Of a DNA stretch of 64,000 nt, positions 32,215 through 40,192 are shown in pieces; within the stretch, counting starts at the first letter, position 1; each line of letters opens with the position of its first letter. A program made the translations under genes and the position numbers. The notes beneath the pieces are model-generated. The model ran no database searches, was not told where the DNA came from, and worked only from the letters and a program-made list of their open reading frames with translations. The stretch is from a virus. Its lineage: Duplodnaviria > Caudoviricetes. The DNA lies in IMG/VR virus record IMGVR_UViG_3300029998_000597; one strand, 5' to 3'.

Positions 32215-32418
32215 ATGTTCGGAAAGAAAAAAGTAGTAGAAAATAGTAGGTTGCTTGAAACGCCTGAACAATTCAATAACAGAATTAAAAAAGAAAAGGA
32301 TCAATCATTAAAAATTTCATCTGTTGATTTTGCCTTAAAATTTACAGCTGGGTTTAATATGGATGTAGATCATTTAATCAAATCGTCAAAGAAGATTTAC
32401 GAATTTATTAGTAAATAA
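32215..32418 (+). CDS. Hypothetical protein
   Basis: 67 aa. Confidence 0.65.
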   Translation: MFGKKKVVENSRLLETPEQFNNRIKKEKDQSLKISSVDFALKFTAGFNMDVDHLIKSSKKIYEFISK

Positions 32419-32431
32419 TTAAATAAAATCT

Positions 32432-32544
32432 GGTTGGTACTGGGGAAACAATTATCTATAGTGGTGAAGGCTGAAATATGCTACAAGAAGAATACCTAAA
32501 TGTCTTAATTTCCTGTTACGTGAAATGGATAGCCAACCTTTTTT
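32432..32544 (+). ncRNA. Putative structured RNA / cis-regulatory leader, family unknown
   Basis: Intergenic, 38% GC, GGTTGG/CCAACC closing stem plus T6, inner GGAAA/TTTCC and GTGG/CTAC pairings. Confidence 0.5.
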
Positions 32545-32570
32545 ATAAAATAAATTAATTAAAGTAATAT

Positions 32571-33152
32571 ATGTATAAGATTACAGAAGAAAAAATAAAT
32601 GTAAATTTCGTTAGGTTTATTAAAATGCTAAAGAAATACGGTATATATACCGAAAAAATGGTATTAGATGATGAGTTCGATAATTTATTAAAAATCGCAC
32701 CATCACATACAAAAGAAGAAAGTGGTGGTGCTTATATCGGAGGTTTAATTGAACATATTTTATTAATCACTGATTACGCAAAAAAAATAAATGAAACGCT
32801 ATTATCAGAGGAAGATAGAATTGAAAATAATTCATTAATGAAAACTTGTTTTTTACATCAAATTGCAAAAACAAAAGAATTTGTAGTAAACGATGTTGAA
32901 TGGGAAGTTAAGCGAGGAAATTTTTATAAATTCTCTGATGGATTACCAGCCATAAAAACTGGTGAATATTCTGTTTACCTATGCCAAAAATACGGTATTG
33001 AATTAGAAAAAGCTGAATTTGAAGCTATTTTATCAATTGACAAAGAAGATGATTTACAAACTAAGCTGTTCGGAAATATGTTATCCAGAATTTTAAGGGT
33101 TGCCAACGAATTTGCAAATGTTGAACGCAAGAAGAATTTTATTAAAAAATAA
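32571..33152 (+). CDS. HD-fold protein (HQ variant)
   Basis: GGLIEH...CFLHQIAK...EFEAI. Confidence 0.65.
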   Translation: MYKITEEKINVNFVRFIKMLKKYGIYTEKMVLDDEFDNLLKIAPSHTKEESGGAYIGGLIEHILLITDYAKKINETLLSEEDRIENNSLMKTCFLHQIAKTKEFVVNDVEWEVKRGNFYKFSDGLPAIKTGEYSVYLCQKYGIELEKAEFEAILSIDKEDDLQTKLFGNMLSRILRVANEFANVERKKNFIKK

Positions 33153-34198
33153 TGTTAAATAAAGAAGTTAAGTACGGGTTGATGGATATTGAAATTGTTC
33201 AAGGGCAAGTTTCACATATTAATAGTAGGAGTGAATGTAATCCATATATATCGAATGGTATGCTACCTCTTTTTACCGCCCCAATGAGTAGTGTTGTTGA
33301 TTTAAATAATTATAAACTTTTCCAAGAAAATAAAATTAATCCAATTATACCAAGACATATTGATTTACAAATTCGCAAGGAGATGTGTTCTGAAACTTGG
33401 TGTGCTTTTTCTTTAAGTGAATTCAATAAAATAGTTGAGTTTGGTGAGATTAATAATAACATAAAACACTTTATATTAATCGACGTTGCGAATGGTAATA
33501 TGTTTAAATTACATGAATCAATTCGGAATGGTAAATTAAGTTATGGTGATAATTTAGTTATTATGGTAGGTAATATTGCAAACCCAGAGGCATATATTAT
33601 ACTTAGCGAAGCTGGGGCGGATTATGTTCGCTGTGGAATTGGCGGCGGCGCTGGTTGTATAACTTCCTCAAACACAGGTATTCACTATCCGATGGCGAGT
33701 CTAATCTCAGAATGTTTTGATGCATCTTTAAAGCTGAGAAATCCAGCAAGAATTGTTGCAGACGGGGGAATCAAAGGTTATTCGGATATAAATAAATGTT
33801 TGGCGCTGGGGGCAGATTATGTTATGTGTGGATCTATTTTTAATAAAATGCTTGAAAGTGCTGGGGAAACAATATATACAGATAATACCACAAAAGTTGA
33901 TCAATATTCAAGCACGATTTTAGACGAATTTAAGGAAGGTTATATGTTCGATAAGGTGTTTTATGGTATGAGCACTAAAAAGGCCCAGAAAGAGCTTGGA
34001 AATGCGAAATTAAAGACATCTGAGGGTATAGAGAGAACCTATCGTGTTGAATACACAATGAATCAATGGGTAAATAATTTTACCCACTATTTAAAGTCAG
34101 CAATGTCCTATACCAATTCAAAAGATTTAGATGATTTTATAGGTGAAGTTGAAACTATAATTATTTCACAAGCGGCTCAAAATGCGATAAACAAATAA
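33152..34198 (+). CDS. IMP dehydrogenase / GMP reductase
   Basis: APMSSV, IDVANG, GIGGGAGCIT (catalytic Cys), ADGGI, FYGMS, SEG; guaB versus guaC not resolved. Confidence 0.9.
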   Translation: MLNKEVKYGLMDIEIVQGQVSHINSRSECNPYISNGMLPLFTAPMSSVVDLNNYKLFQENKINPIIPRHIDLQIRKEMCSETWCAFSLSEFNKIVEFGEINNNIKHFILIDVANGNMFKLHESIRNGKLSYGDNLVIMVGNIANPEAYIILSEAGADYVRCGIGGGAGCITSSNTGIHYPMASLISECFDASLKLRNPARIVADGGIKGYSDINKCLALGADYVMCGSIFNKMLESAGETIYTDNTTKVDQYSSTILDEFKEGYMFDKVFYGMSTKKAQKELGNAKLKTSEGIERTYRVEYTMNQWVNNFTHYLKSAMSYTNSKDLDDFIGEVETIIISQAAQNAINK

Positions 34199-34282
34199 TT
34201 ATTGCTTAACTGGTGGGTTAGATGGTTGAGTAGTTTGTTTTTTGCAACCGCAATCTTCTTTTATTAATAATATAATGTCCAT
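34199..34282 (-). CDS. 27-aa peptide MDIILLIKEDCGCKKQTTQPSNPPVKQ
   Basis: Not in ORF track; own late motif (GTATTTATAT, 34295-34304) 12 nt upstream. Confidence 0.5.
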   Translation of the reverse strand: MDIILLIKEDCGCKKQTTQPSNPPVKQ

Positions 34283-34294
34283 AGTTTTATTTTA

Positions 34295-34304
34295 ATATAA
34301 ATAC
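34295..34304 (-). promoter_or_regulatory. Putative late promoter
   Basis: GTATTTATAT on minus strand. Confidence 0.5.
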
Positions 34305-34345
34305 GACCAACTTTATATTTTTTGAATATTTTTATTTAAAAAAAC

Positions 34346-34376
34346 TTGTTTTTCTCACTTTTTATTAGTACATTTG
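34346..34376 (+). promoter_or_regulatory. Bacteroidota-type early promoter
   Basis: TTG-N20-TACATTTG. Confidence 0.8.
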
Positions 34377-34389
34377 TTTAAATTGATAT

Positions 34390-34611
34390 ATGATAGAGTA
34401 TATTTTTTGTTTAGTTTTTAAAATAATTCGCAATAGGTATTATATAGTTTTTGAAGATGGAACAAGTGAAAGGATATTTTTAACTCACTCCCCAAATATT
34501 ATATACTTTTCAAAGGAGCATTTATATTACTCAGTTCAAAGTGAGACGAGTGAAGTTATAAATAAAACATTAGTATATAATTGGTTAAAGGTTGAAAAAA
34601 TAGAAAAATAA
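34390..34611 (+). CDS. Hypothetical protein
   Basis: 73 aa. Confidence 0.6.
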   Translation: MIEYIFCLVFKIIRNRYYIVFEDGTSERIFLTHSPNIIYFSKEHLYYSVQSETSEVINKTLVYNWLKVEKIEK

Positions 34612-34614
34612 AAT

Positions 34615-34761
34615 ATGAAACTATATAAAAAGATTTTAGAAAAATTAAGAATAATAAATAGAAGTGACATTATATTTTATAGTAAACTAGCACTAATTTT
34701 AGGTTTATTTGGGTATACCATATTGAGCGTTATAATGACTTTAATTTATTTCCCAATTTAA
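34615..34761 (+). CDS. Small membrane protein (48 aa)
   Basis: Fills the gap; MKLYKKILEKLRIINRSDIIFYSKLALILGLFGYTILSVIMTLIYFPI. Confidence 0.55.
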   Translation: MKLYKKILEKLRIINRSDIIFYSKLALILGLFGYTILSVIMTLIYFPI

Positions 34762-34778
34762 AAACAAATTAAATAAAT

Positions 34779-35081
34779 ATGAAACCAATAGACTTCAAAG
34801 ACAGTAATGTTACATTTGCAAAAGATCAACCAGAATATATACCACTCCCAGCTTTAAGACTACATTCAAATGGTGGTGAAGTTATCTCTTGTTGGAAAAT
34901 GTCTTTTATAGAACGCTTAAAAGTGTTATTTACGGGTAAAGTTTGGTTAAGTTTAATGATGTTCGGACAACCAGTAACTCCAAGTTTTCTATCTGTATAT
35001 AGAAAAAAAGTGTATTCACACCCGAACGACATATATTCAATTAAAAATAAATTAATGAAACTTTTCAAATGCAAGAATTAA
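34779..35081 (+). CDS. Conserved-looking phage hypothetical protein
   Basis: FAKDQPEYIPLPA..SCWKMSFIER..GKVWL. Confidence 0.75.
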   Translation: MKPIDFKDSNVTFAKDQPEYIPLPALRLHSNGGEVISCWKMSFIERLKVLFTGKVWLSLMMFGQPVTPSFLSVYRKKVYSHPNDIYSIKNKLMKLFKCKN

Positions 35082-35422
35082 TAAAACAAATAAAAGAAAA
35101 GGGTTTTAAACCTATGAAATTCGCCATATTTAATTATATGGATGATAATGGGTATATAACTGAAATGGAAGGTATATTCAAAAGAAAATTTGCAATTTCT
35201 GATTTTGAGTATTTATATTTTGATTTAGAAGTGAATGAAAAAAATGGATTAAAATATAGAACCCATAATATATTGCAAAGGTTCTACGATTTACAAAATT
35301 TAGTTGAAGTTAAAATACAAAGTAATAAAGAACTACCAATGGTAAAATTATTCATATTGAAAGATGAAGGTCAAGTATTTCTTGTGAAATTACTGGACTT
35401 TAATTTAATAGAATTAATATAA
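35069..35422 (+). CDS. Hypothetical protein
   Basis: 117 aa. Confidence 0.7.
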   Translation: MQELIKQIKEKGFKPMKFAIFNYMDDNGYITEMEGIFKRKFAISDFEYLYFDLEVNEKNGLKYRTHNILQRFYDLQNLVEVKIQSNKELPMVKLFILKDEGQVFLVKLLDFNLIELI

Positions 35423-35431
35423 AATAAATAT

Positions 35432-35857
35432 ATGAAAAATTTAATAGAAATAAATATTCCAAATGAATATAAAAAATTAATTAAATATAATGATAATAAA
35501 ATAATTATTGATTTTATCAAAATAGATAAGAATAAAGAAATGGAGGATTTCTTTCGTTGTTTTTTAATCGATTTATCAATTGTTATTAAACCTGAATATC
35601 CTAATTCTGTATTTTATAAAGATAATAAAAATGATGAAGTTATTTTTGAATTATATCAGGATTCAGAAAATAAAGAAAAAAGGTATTTCTATGTTCATTA
35701 TGATAAAATTTGGTCAGTTTTTGGAAGTAACTTCGGTCTTAATTATAATGAAACTCAGTCCTTTATAAAAGACAGGGTGGAAGATACTCTAAAATTAGGA
35801 TCAGTAACACCTTGGAAGACAGGTCGTCGGAAAACGATTTGGTGGAAGATACTCTAA
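35432..35857 (+). CDS. Hypothetical protein whose C-terminus is encoded by a repeat-spacer array
   Basis: Ends VEDTLKLGSVTP (repeat 1)-WKTGRRKTI (spacer 1)-WWKIL* (repeat 2, shifted frame). Confidence 0.8.
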   Translation: MKNLIEINIPNEYKKLIKYNDNKIIIDFIKIDKNKEMEDFFRCFLIDLSIVIKPEYPNSVFYKDNKNDEVIFELYQDSENKEKRYFYVHYDKIWSVFGSNFGLNYNETQSFIKDRVEDTLKLGSVTPWKTGRRKTIWWKIL

Positions 35858-35925
35858 AATTAGGATCAGTAACACCAGATGTGGGAGGTAATAGTGTGAG
35901 AGTATGGTGGAAGAAACTCTAAAAT
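35776..35925 (+). repeat. 36-bp direct repeat x2 plus 20-bp partial third copy, 65-bp period
   Basis: GGTGGAAGATACTCTAAAATTAGGATCAGTAACACC at 35776-35811 and 35841-35876; GGTGGAAGAAACTCTAAAAT at 35906-35925. Confidence 0.95.
35776..35925. CRISPR. CRISPR-like mini-array, no cas genes in window
   Basis: Identical 36-nt repeats with paired GGTG/CACC ends, two unrelated 29-nt spacers, degenerate terminal repeat. CRISPR function unproven. Confidence 0.45.
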
Positions 35926-35964
35926 AAATAATAAATATTAATAAATTAAAAAAAAAGTAAAAAA

Positions 35965-36318
35965 ATGGCAAATTTAAGTTTTTCGGGTAAAATTACAGAA
36001 ATTGGTGTTACACAATCAGGAACTGGTAAAAATGGGGAATGGTCCAATACAACTATCAGAGTAGAAGAAACAGAGGGTGAACACCCAAATTCAATTATTT
36101 TTAGTGCATTAAATAAACAAGAAATTGTAGATACTTTATCAGTAGGTGCTATTGTTGAAGTATTATATAACGCAAAAACAAACGACTACAATGGTAAGAC
36201 ATATAATAGTTTAAATGTGTGGAAAATTAATAACACAGGAGGATCTCAGGAAATGCCTGATACAACACAAAAGACCACAACACAAGCACCATCGGAAGTA
36301 GATGATCTCCCATTTTAA
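35965..36318 (+). CDS. DUF3127 family, SSB-like OB-fold protein
   Basis: QSGTGKNGEW..ETEGEHPNSI..YNGKTYNSLNVWKI; C-terminal DDLPF tail. Confidence 0.85.
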   Translation: MANLSFSGKITEIGVTQSGTGKNGEWSNTTIRVEETEGEHPNSIIFSALNKQEIVDTLSVGAIVEVLYNAKTNDYNGKTYNSLNVWKINNTGGSQEMPDTTQKTTTQAPSEVDDLPF

Positions 36319-36334
36319 AAAATAACTTTAAATG

Positions 36335-36380
36335 AAAATAACCCAAATCTAATTTATATTATGATTTGGGTTATTTTTTT
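36335..36380 (+). terminator. Intrinsic terminator
   Basis: AAAATAACCCAAATC/GATTTGGGTTATTTT perfect stem. Confidence 0.8.
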
Positions 36381-36390
36381 ATATAAAAAC

Positions 36391-36421
36391 TTGTTTTTCT
36401 CATATTTTATTGGTACATTTG
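36391..36421 (+). promoter_or_regulatory. Bacteroidota-type early promoter
   Basis: TTG-N20-TACATTTG. Confidence 0.8.
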
Positions 36422-36436
36422 TTTAAATTAAATGCA

Positions 36437-37087
36437 ATGTATAAAGTCATTAAATATAAAGACCTTATCGATGATGTTGAATTGTATGATGTAATCCTTA
36501 TAGGAACGAATACCTACTGTACAATGAACAATGGGTTTCAAGGTAAGGTCAGAAAAAAATTTAAATATGTCTACGATCTAAATTTATCAACAAAATATGG
36601 TGATAAAAATAAATTAGGGAAAAGAGTTACAACAAAAAATACCATCCCATTATTTTCATTATGTTTTATTACTTCTGGATATAATTTTAGACCTGATCTA
36701 TTACCAGTTTATATAGATTACAATGCATTAGAAAACTGTCTTAAAACAGCCAATAATGAGTTCCAAGGATTAAGAGTTGCAACAACTATGATAGGTTGTG
36801 AGGAGTTTGATGGAAACGGGGATAGGCGCAAGGTTATTAGAATGATAAAAAAATATTGCGATAAAATAGACCTTTATGTTTATAATTACCGACAAATTAA
36901 AGGGAAATATGAAAGGGTAGTTGAATTTAAAAAGAATGCCAGTATATGTAAAGGGCATTCGGATGTTTCAAAATCAATCGTAGATAAACAAATTTTTGAG
37001 AGGTCTAAATTGAATACCTTTGAAGAACCAGTAGGAAAAAAAAAGAGAACAAGGAAAGAAATATTAAATTTATTAAAAAGAGATTAG
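36437..37087 (+). CDS. Macro-domain-like protein with basic C-terminal extension
   Basis: DVILIGTNTYCTMNNGF..GDKNKLG..IDYNALENCL..IGC. ATG 36437 lies downstream of the promoter. Confidence 0.6.
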   Translation: MYKVIKYKDLIDDVELYDVILIGTNTYCTMNNGFQGKVRKKFKYVYDLNLSTKYGDKNKLGKRVTTKNTIPLFSLCFITSGYNFRPDLLPVYIDYNALENCLKTANNEFQGLRVATTMIGCEEFDGNGDRRKVIRMIKKYCDKIDLYVYNYRQIKGKYERVVEFKKNASICKGHSDVSKSIVDKQIFERSKLNTFEEPVGKKKRTRKEILNLLKRD

Positions 37088-37094
37088 AAAAATA

Positions 37095-37544
37095 ATGATA
37101 AGATTTTCGAAGGAAATACAAGGAACAAGGAATAGTGATGATTATGCTACACCAATTAAATTTTTAAAAGAATTAAATAAAGAATTTAGTTTCGATTTTG
37201 ATCCGTGCCCACTTAAAAGTGAAATTGATGGTCTTACAATTGAATGGAATGGTAATATTTATATCAACCCACCATATAGTAATATTGAACCATTTATCAT
37301 CAAAGGAATTGATGAAATAAAGGCTGGAAGGGCAAACACATGTGTTTATTTAATACCTTGTAGAAGCGATACAAAATATTGGCATAATTTAGTTTTAGAA
37401 TATGCTAGTGAAATTCGTTTCATTAAAGGTAGATTAAACTTTAACGAAAGCAAAAGTCCAGCACCTTTCCCGTGTGTTTTAGTTATATTTGATAATTTAT
37501 TAAATGGGGCTTGTAATTGTATTAGTCATTACCAAAACTTATAA
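37095..37544 (+). CDS. Phage N6-adenine DNA methyltransferase (Dam-like)
   Basis: DDYATP, FDFDPC, YINPPYS, RSDTKYWH, FIKGRL..APFP. Confidence 0.9.
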   Translation: MIRFSKEIQGTRNSDDYATPIKFLKELNKEFSFDFDPCPLKSEIDGLTIEWNGNIYINPPYSNIEPFIIKGIDEIKAGRANTCVYLIPCRSDTKYWHNLVLEYASEIRFIKGRLNFNESKSPAPFPCVLVIFDNLLNGACNCISHYQNL

Positions 37545-37551
37545 ATATATT

Positions 37552-37737
37552 ATGAAAAGATATCTTATTATTAGCGATGGGTTCGATTTATTTCAAACTG
37601 ATTATTTAAAACGCGAAGACTTTATTGAAAATTGGGTTTACTTAGTAGTAGATACTAAAACTGGTAAAGCGATGAGTGGGGATGCTGATTTTATTATTAG
37701 TGAAAGTTGGTGGAAAATAGAAGACTTTGGGGAATAA
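37552..37737 (+). CDS. Hypothetical protein
   Basis: ATG 37552 preferred over 37504. Confidence 0.6.
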   Translation: MKRYLIISDGFDLFQTDYLKREDFIENWVYLVVDTKTGKAMSGDADFIISESWWKIEDFGE

Positions 37738-38263
37738 AATTATAAAAAATATGGATGTAAAAATTTACAAGGATGGTAAAGGTAATGTAGTGGTTACTGA
37801 AGATTATTTCAGAGACATTATTTATTATTGTAATAATGATGTTATCAGAAATTATGGTAATAGTGTGTTATATCAAAAATATATCGTTGAAACAAGATCC
37901 GATAATTATTTTTTAACAAAAAGGTTCGAACACCAACCAAATACTATATCATGGTATGATGGGGATGCTATTTGTAAAGTAAATGAGTTATTTAAAGATA
38001 CAATTCTAAAACGAGAACCGATTGATATATCTAAATTAAACCCAATTACAGATGATTCGATAATAATGAAAGATGGGCCCAAACCAATAGGTATAAACGA
38101 TAGAGGATGGGTGATATGTGAACCAGAAATCGAACCCTGGAAAATAGAAGTTGCTTTTAGGTCAGAAGGTGATTATTTAACAATATCGGAAGACGGAGTA
38201 AACAATAGGCCTTGGACAAATGAAGAAATTGATAAGATTAACAATAAAATAAATAACATTTAA
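37727..38263 (+). CDS. Hypothetical protein
   Basis: 178 aa. Confidence 0.75.
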   Translation: MGNKIIKNMDVKIYKDGKGNVVVTEDYFRDIIYYCNNDVIRNYGNSVLYQKYIVETRSDNYFLTKRFEHQPNTISWYDGDAICKVNELFKDTILKREPIDISKLNPITDDSIIMKDGPKPIGINDRGWVICEPEIEPWKIEVAFRSEGDYLTISEDGVNNRPWTNEEIDKINNKINNI

Positions 38264-38267
38264 TAAT

Positions 38268-38945
38268 ATGACAAATACACAACGACACGCAAAAACAGAA
38301 TTGGAACTTTTAAGTAAAATACATTTGGACCCAGATAACCGTCCAATAGTGGAAAATTTTATACCAGAGATATTAGCTTTATGTGAAAAGTTTGGGAATA
38401 GTGGTAAAAGTGGTGCATCGGCACCTTATATAGCTGGAGCAATCGCATCAACCATTAAAAAGCTATTATCATTTAAACCAATTAGCCCAATCAGTGGACT
38501 CGATGAGGAATGGGGAGATGTATCAGATATTGCTGGTGGTTCAGAGGAATTATATCAAAATATGAGATGTGGTGGTATTCTTAAACATAGCAAGGACGGT
38601 CAGGCATCATATGTTGATGCAATTGTTTGGCGAGGGCAATACCCTGGAGATGAAGAATCGGAAAAATGGGATGATACTTTTACAGGTAGAGTATGCGGAT
38701 ATCATAGTTCTCAAAATATAAAATCATTTCCATTCACTCCAAAAACATTTTATGTTGATGTCATTCGAGAACAATTACCAGATGATTGGACAGAAGAGCC
38801 TTATATTGAAGGATCAGATTGGTACGATTCAAAAGAATTTGAAGAAACAGGTATTAAAACCTGGCACAAAAATAATTATCGATATTATATTAAGGATCAA
38901 AAACAATTAGATGAAGTATTTGAATATTATGATAGGAAAGATTAA
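38268..38945 (+). CDS. Hypothetical protein
   Basis: 225 aa; LYQNMRC motif. Confidence 0.8.
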   Translation: MTNTQRHAKTELELLSKIHLDPDNRPIVENFIPEILALCEKFGNSGKSGASAPYIAGAIASTIKKLLSFKPISPISGLDEEWGDVSDIAGGSEELYQNMRCGGILKHSKDGQASYVDAIVWRGQYPGDEESEKWDDTFTGRVCGYHSSQNIKSFPFTPKTFYVDVIREQLPDDWTEEPYIEGSDWYDSKEFEETGIKTWHKNNYRYYIKDQKQLDEVFEYYDRKD

Positions 38946-39288
38946 ATATATGAAAAATTTTATAAAAAATATCTTAGGTAAGTGTATTGGTAAAGTTGAA
39001 TTCATAGTTACAATTACAAATGTCTCAGGTTGCGTTGAAAAATATACACTTGATTCAATGAAGAATGTCGAAAGCTATGTATGTGGGATAAACTCAGAAG
39101 CATATTGGATGGTATCTGAAATAGAAAAAATAAGAAGACTTAATTTCAATTTTAATAAAGAAGTAATACACACACCACTACATTTCTCCTTAGATACTGT
39201 CACAGAACGTGATAAATGTAGTGGTTATGAATATAATTTTTTAAAAATAAATGAAAGCCTAAAAAATATTAAACGAAAAGTATGGTAG
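38911..39288 (+). CDS. Hypothetical protein
   Basis: Start may be ATG 38950. Confidence 0.65.
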   Translation: MKYLNIMIGKIKYMKNFIKNILGKCIGKVEFIVTITNVSGCVEKYTLDSMKNVESYVCGINSEAYWMVSEIEKIRRLNFNFNKEVIHTPLHFSLDTVTERDKCSGYEYNFLKINESLKNIKRKVW

Positions 39289-39297
39289 AAAAAATAT

Positions 39298-39522
39298 ATG
39301 AAAGAATCAAATGAAATTTCAAACGCATTAAGTGTATTATGTGAAGCACTTCAAAACGACGAAGGCTATAGAATTGGTTGGGTTGTAAATATTGCAATGG
39401 CATATATTGATAACGAACGTTGGTACAAAGAAAAAACTGATAAAGAAGTGTTAGATGATAAAGATAAATTCATAATAGCAAACAATTCAGCAGAATATTT
39501 TATTAATAAACTTTGTAAATAA
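39298..39522 (+). CDS. Hypothetical protein
   Basis: 74 aa. Confidence 0.7.
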   Translation: MKESNEISNALSVLCEALQNDEGYRIGWVVNIAMAYIDNERWYKEKTDKEVLDDKDKFIIANNSAEYFINKLCK

Positions 39523-39530
39523 ATAATAAT

Positions 39531-39848
39531 ATGAAAAAAGTGACATTTGAAGAATATTTATCAGACGATGGTGATATTGAAATAGCAAAAGAATTAATGG
39601 TTTTAATACAATTGGATAATGGTTGTGTTAACAGACAAGAAAAAGAAAGTTATCCAGAAAAATGGGTTAAAAAAATAAGTAAATCAGCTGGCTACTTTTT
39701 TTATTTATATCCTGAATTTTTGGGTGATACAGCAATATCAGAATTAGCGGGTGATATAAATGAAATTGATTTTATTGATAAATACTCACTTTTGAGCGGA
39801 ATAGGTCAATTAATGGGAGATTTAGAAGAATATTTTAATAATTTATAA
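39531..39848 (+). CDS. Hypothetical protein
   Basis: 105 aa. Confidence 0.7.
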   Translation: MKKVTFEEYLSDDGDIEIAKELMVLIQLDNGCVNRQEKESYPEKWVKKISKSAGYFFYLYPEFLGDTAISELAGDINEIDFIDKYSLLSGIGQLMGDLEEYFNNL

Positions 39849-39850
39849 AA

Positions 39851-40192
39851 ATGGAAGAAATAAAACCAGGAAAAACAATTATTTTAAACACACATTTGAA
39901 TACAACGTTTATTGCAAGTGGTGGTGATTTAGGTATTTTAGATTATGATAAATATAAAGGTAAATTTGAATGGGCTGGAGAGTTGTCTATCAGTATTAAT
40001 AAAAAAGAAGAGTTATCAGATTTTTTAGATTGGGTACATAACAACTGGTATATTCCGTTTGGAAGTGATGGTCAGTGGAAATTGGATGTGGATAATGAAG
40101 AATATACGTTACCAATCCCTCCCGATGGTTTGAATTGTTTTGATTCTGATTATATTGCTTCAAGATATTTAAATGGGGAGGGTATGTCGTAA
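39851..40192 (+). CDS. Hypothetical protein
   Basis: 113 aa. Confidence 0.7.
   Translation: MEEIKPGKTIILNTHLNTTFIASGGDLGILDYDKYKGKFEWAGELSISINKKEELSDFLDWVHNNWYIPFGSDGQWKLDVDNEEYTLPIPPDGLNCFDSDYIASRYLNGEGMS

Noticed and set aside
35776-35925. Array as TIGR array or canonical DGR TR/VR pair
   Set aside because: No dual short-spacer/box C-D pattern; the spacers differ at too many positions for a normal AAY-based template; no RT nearby.
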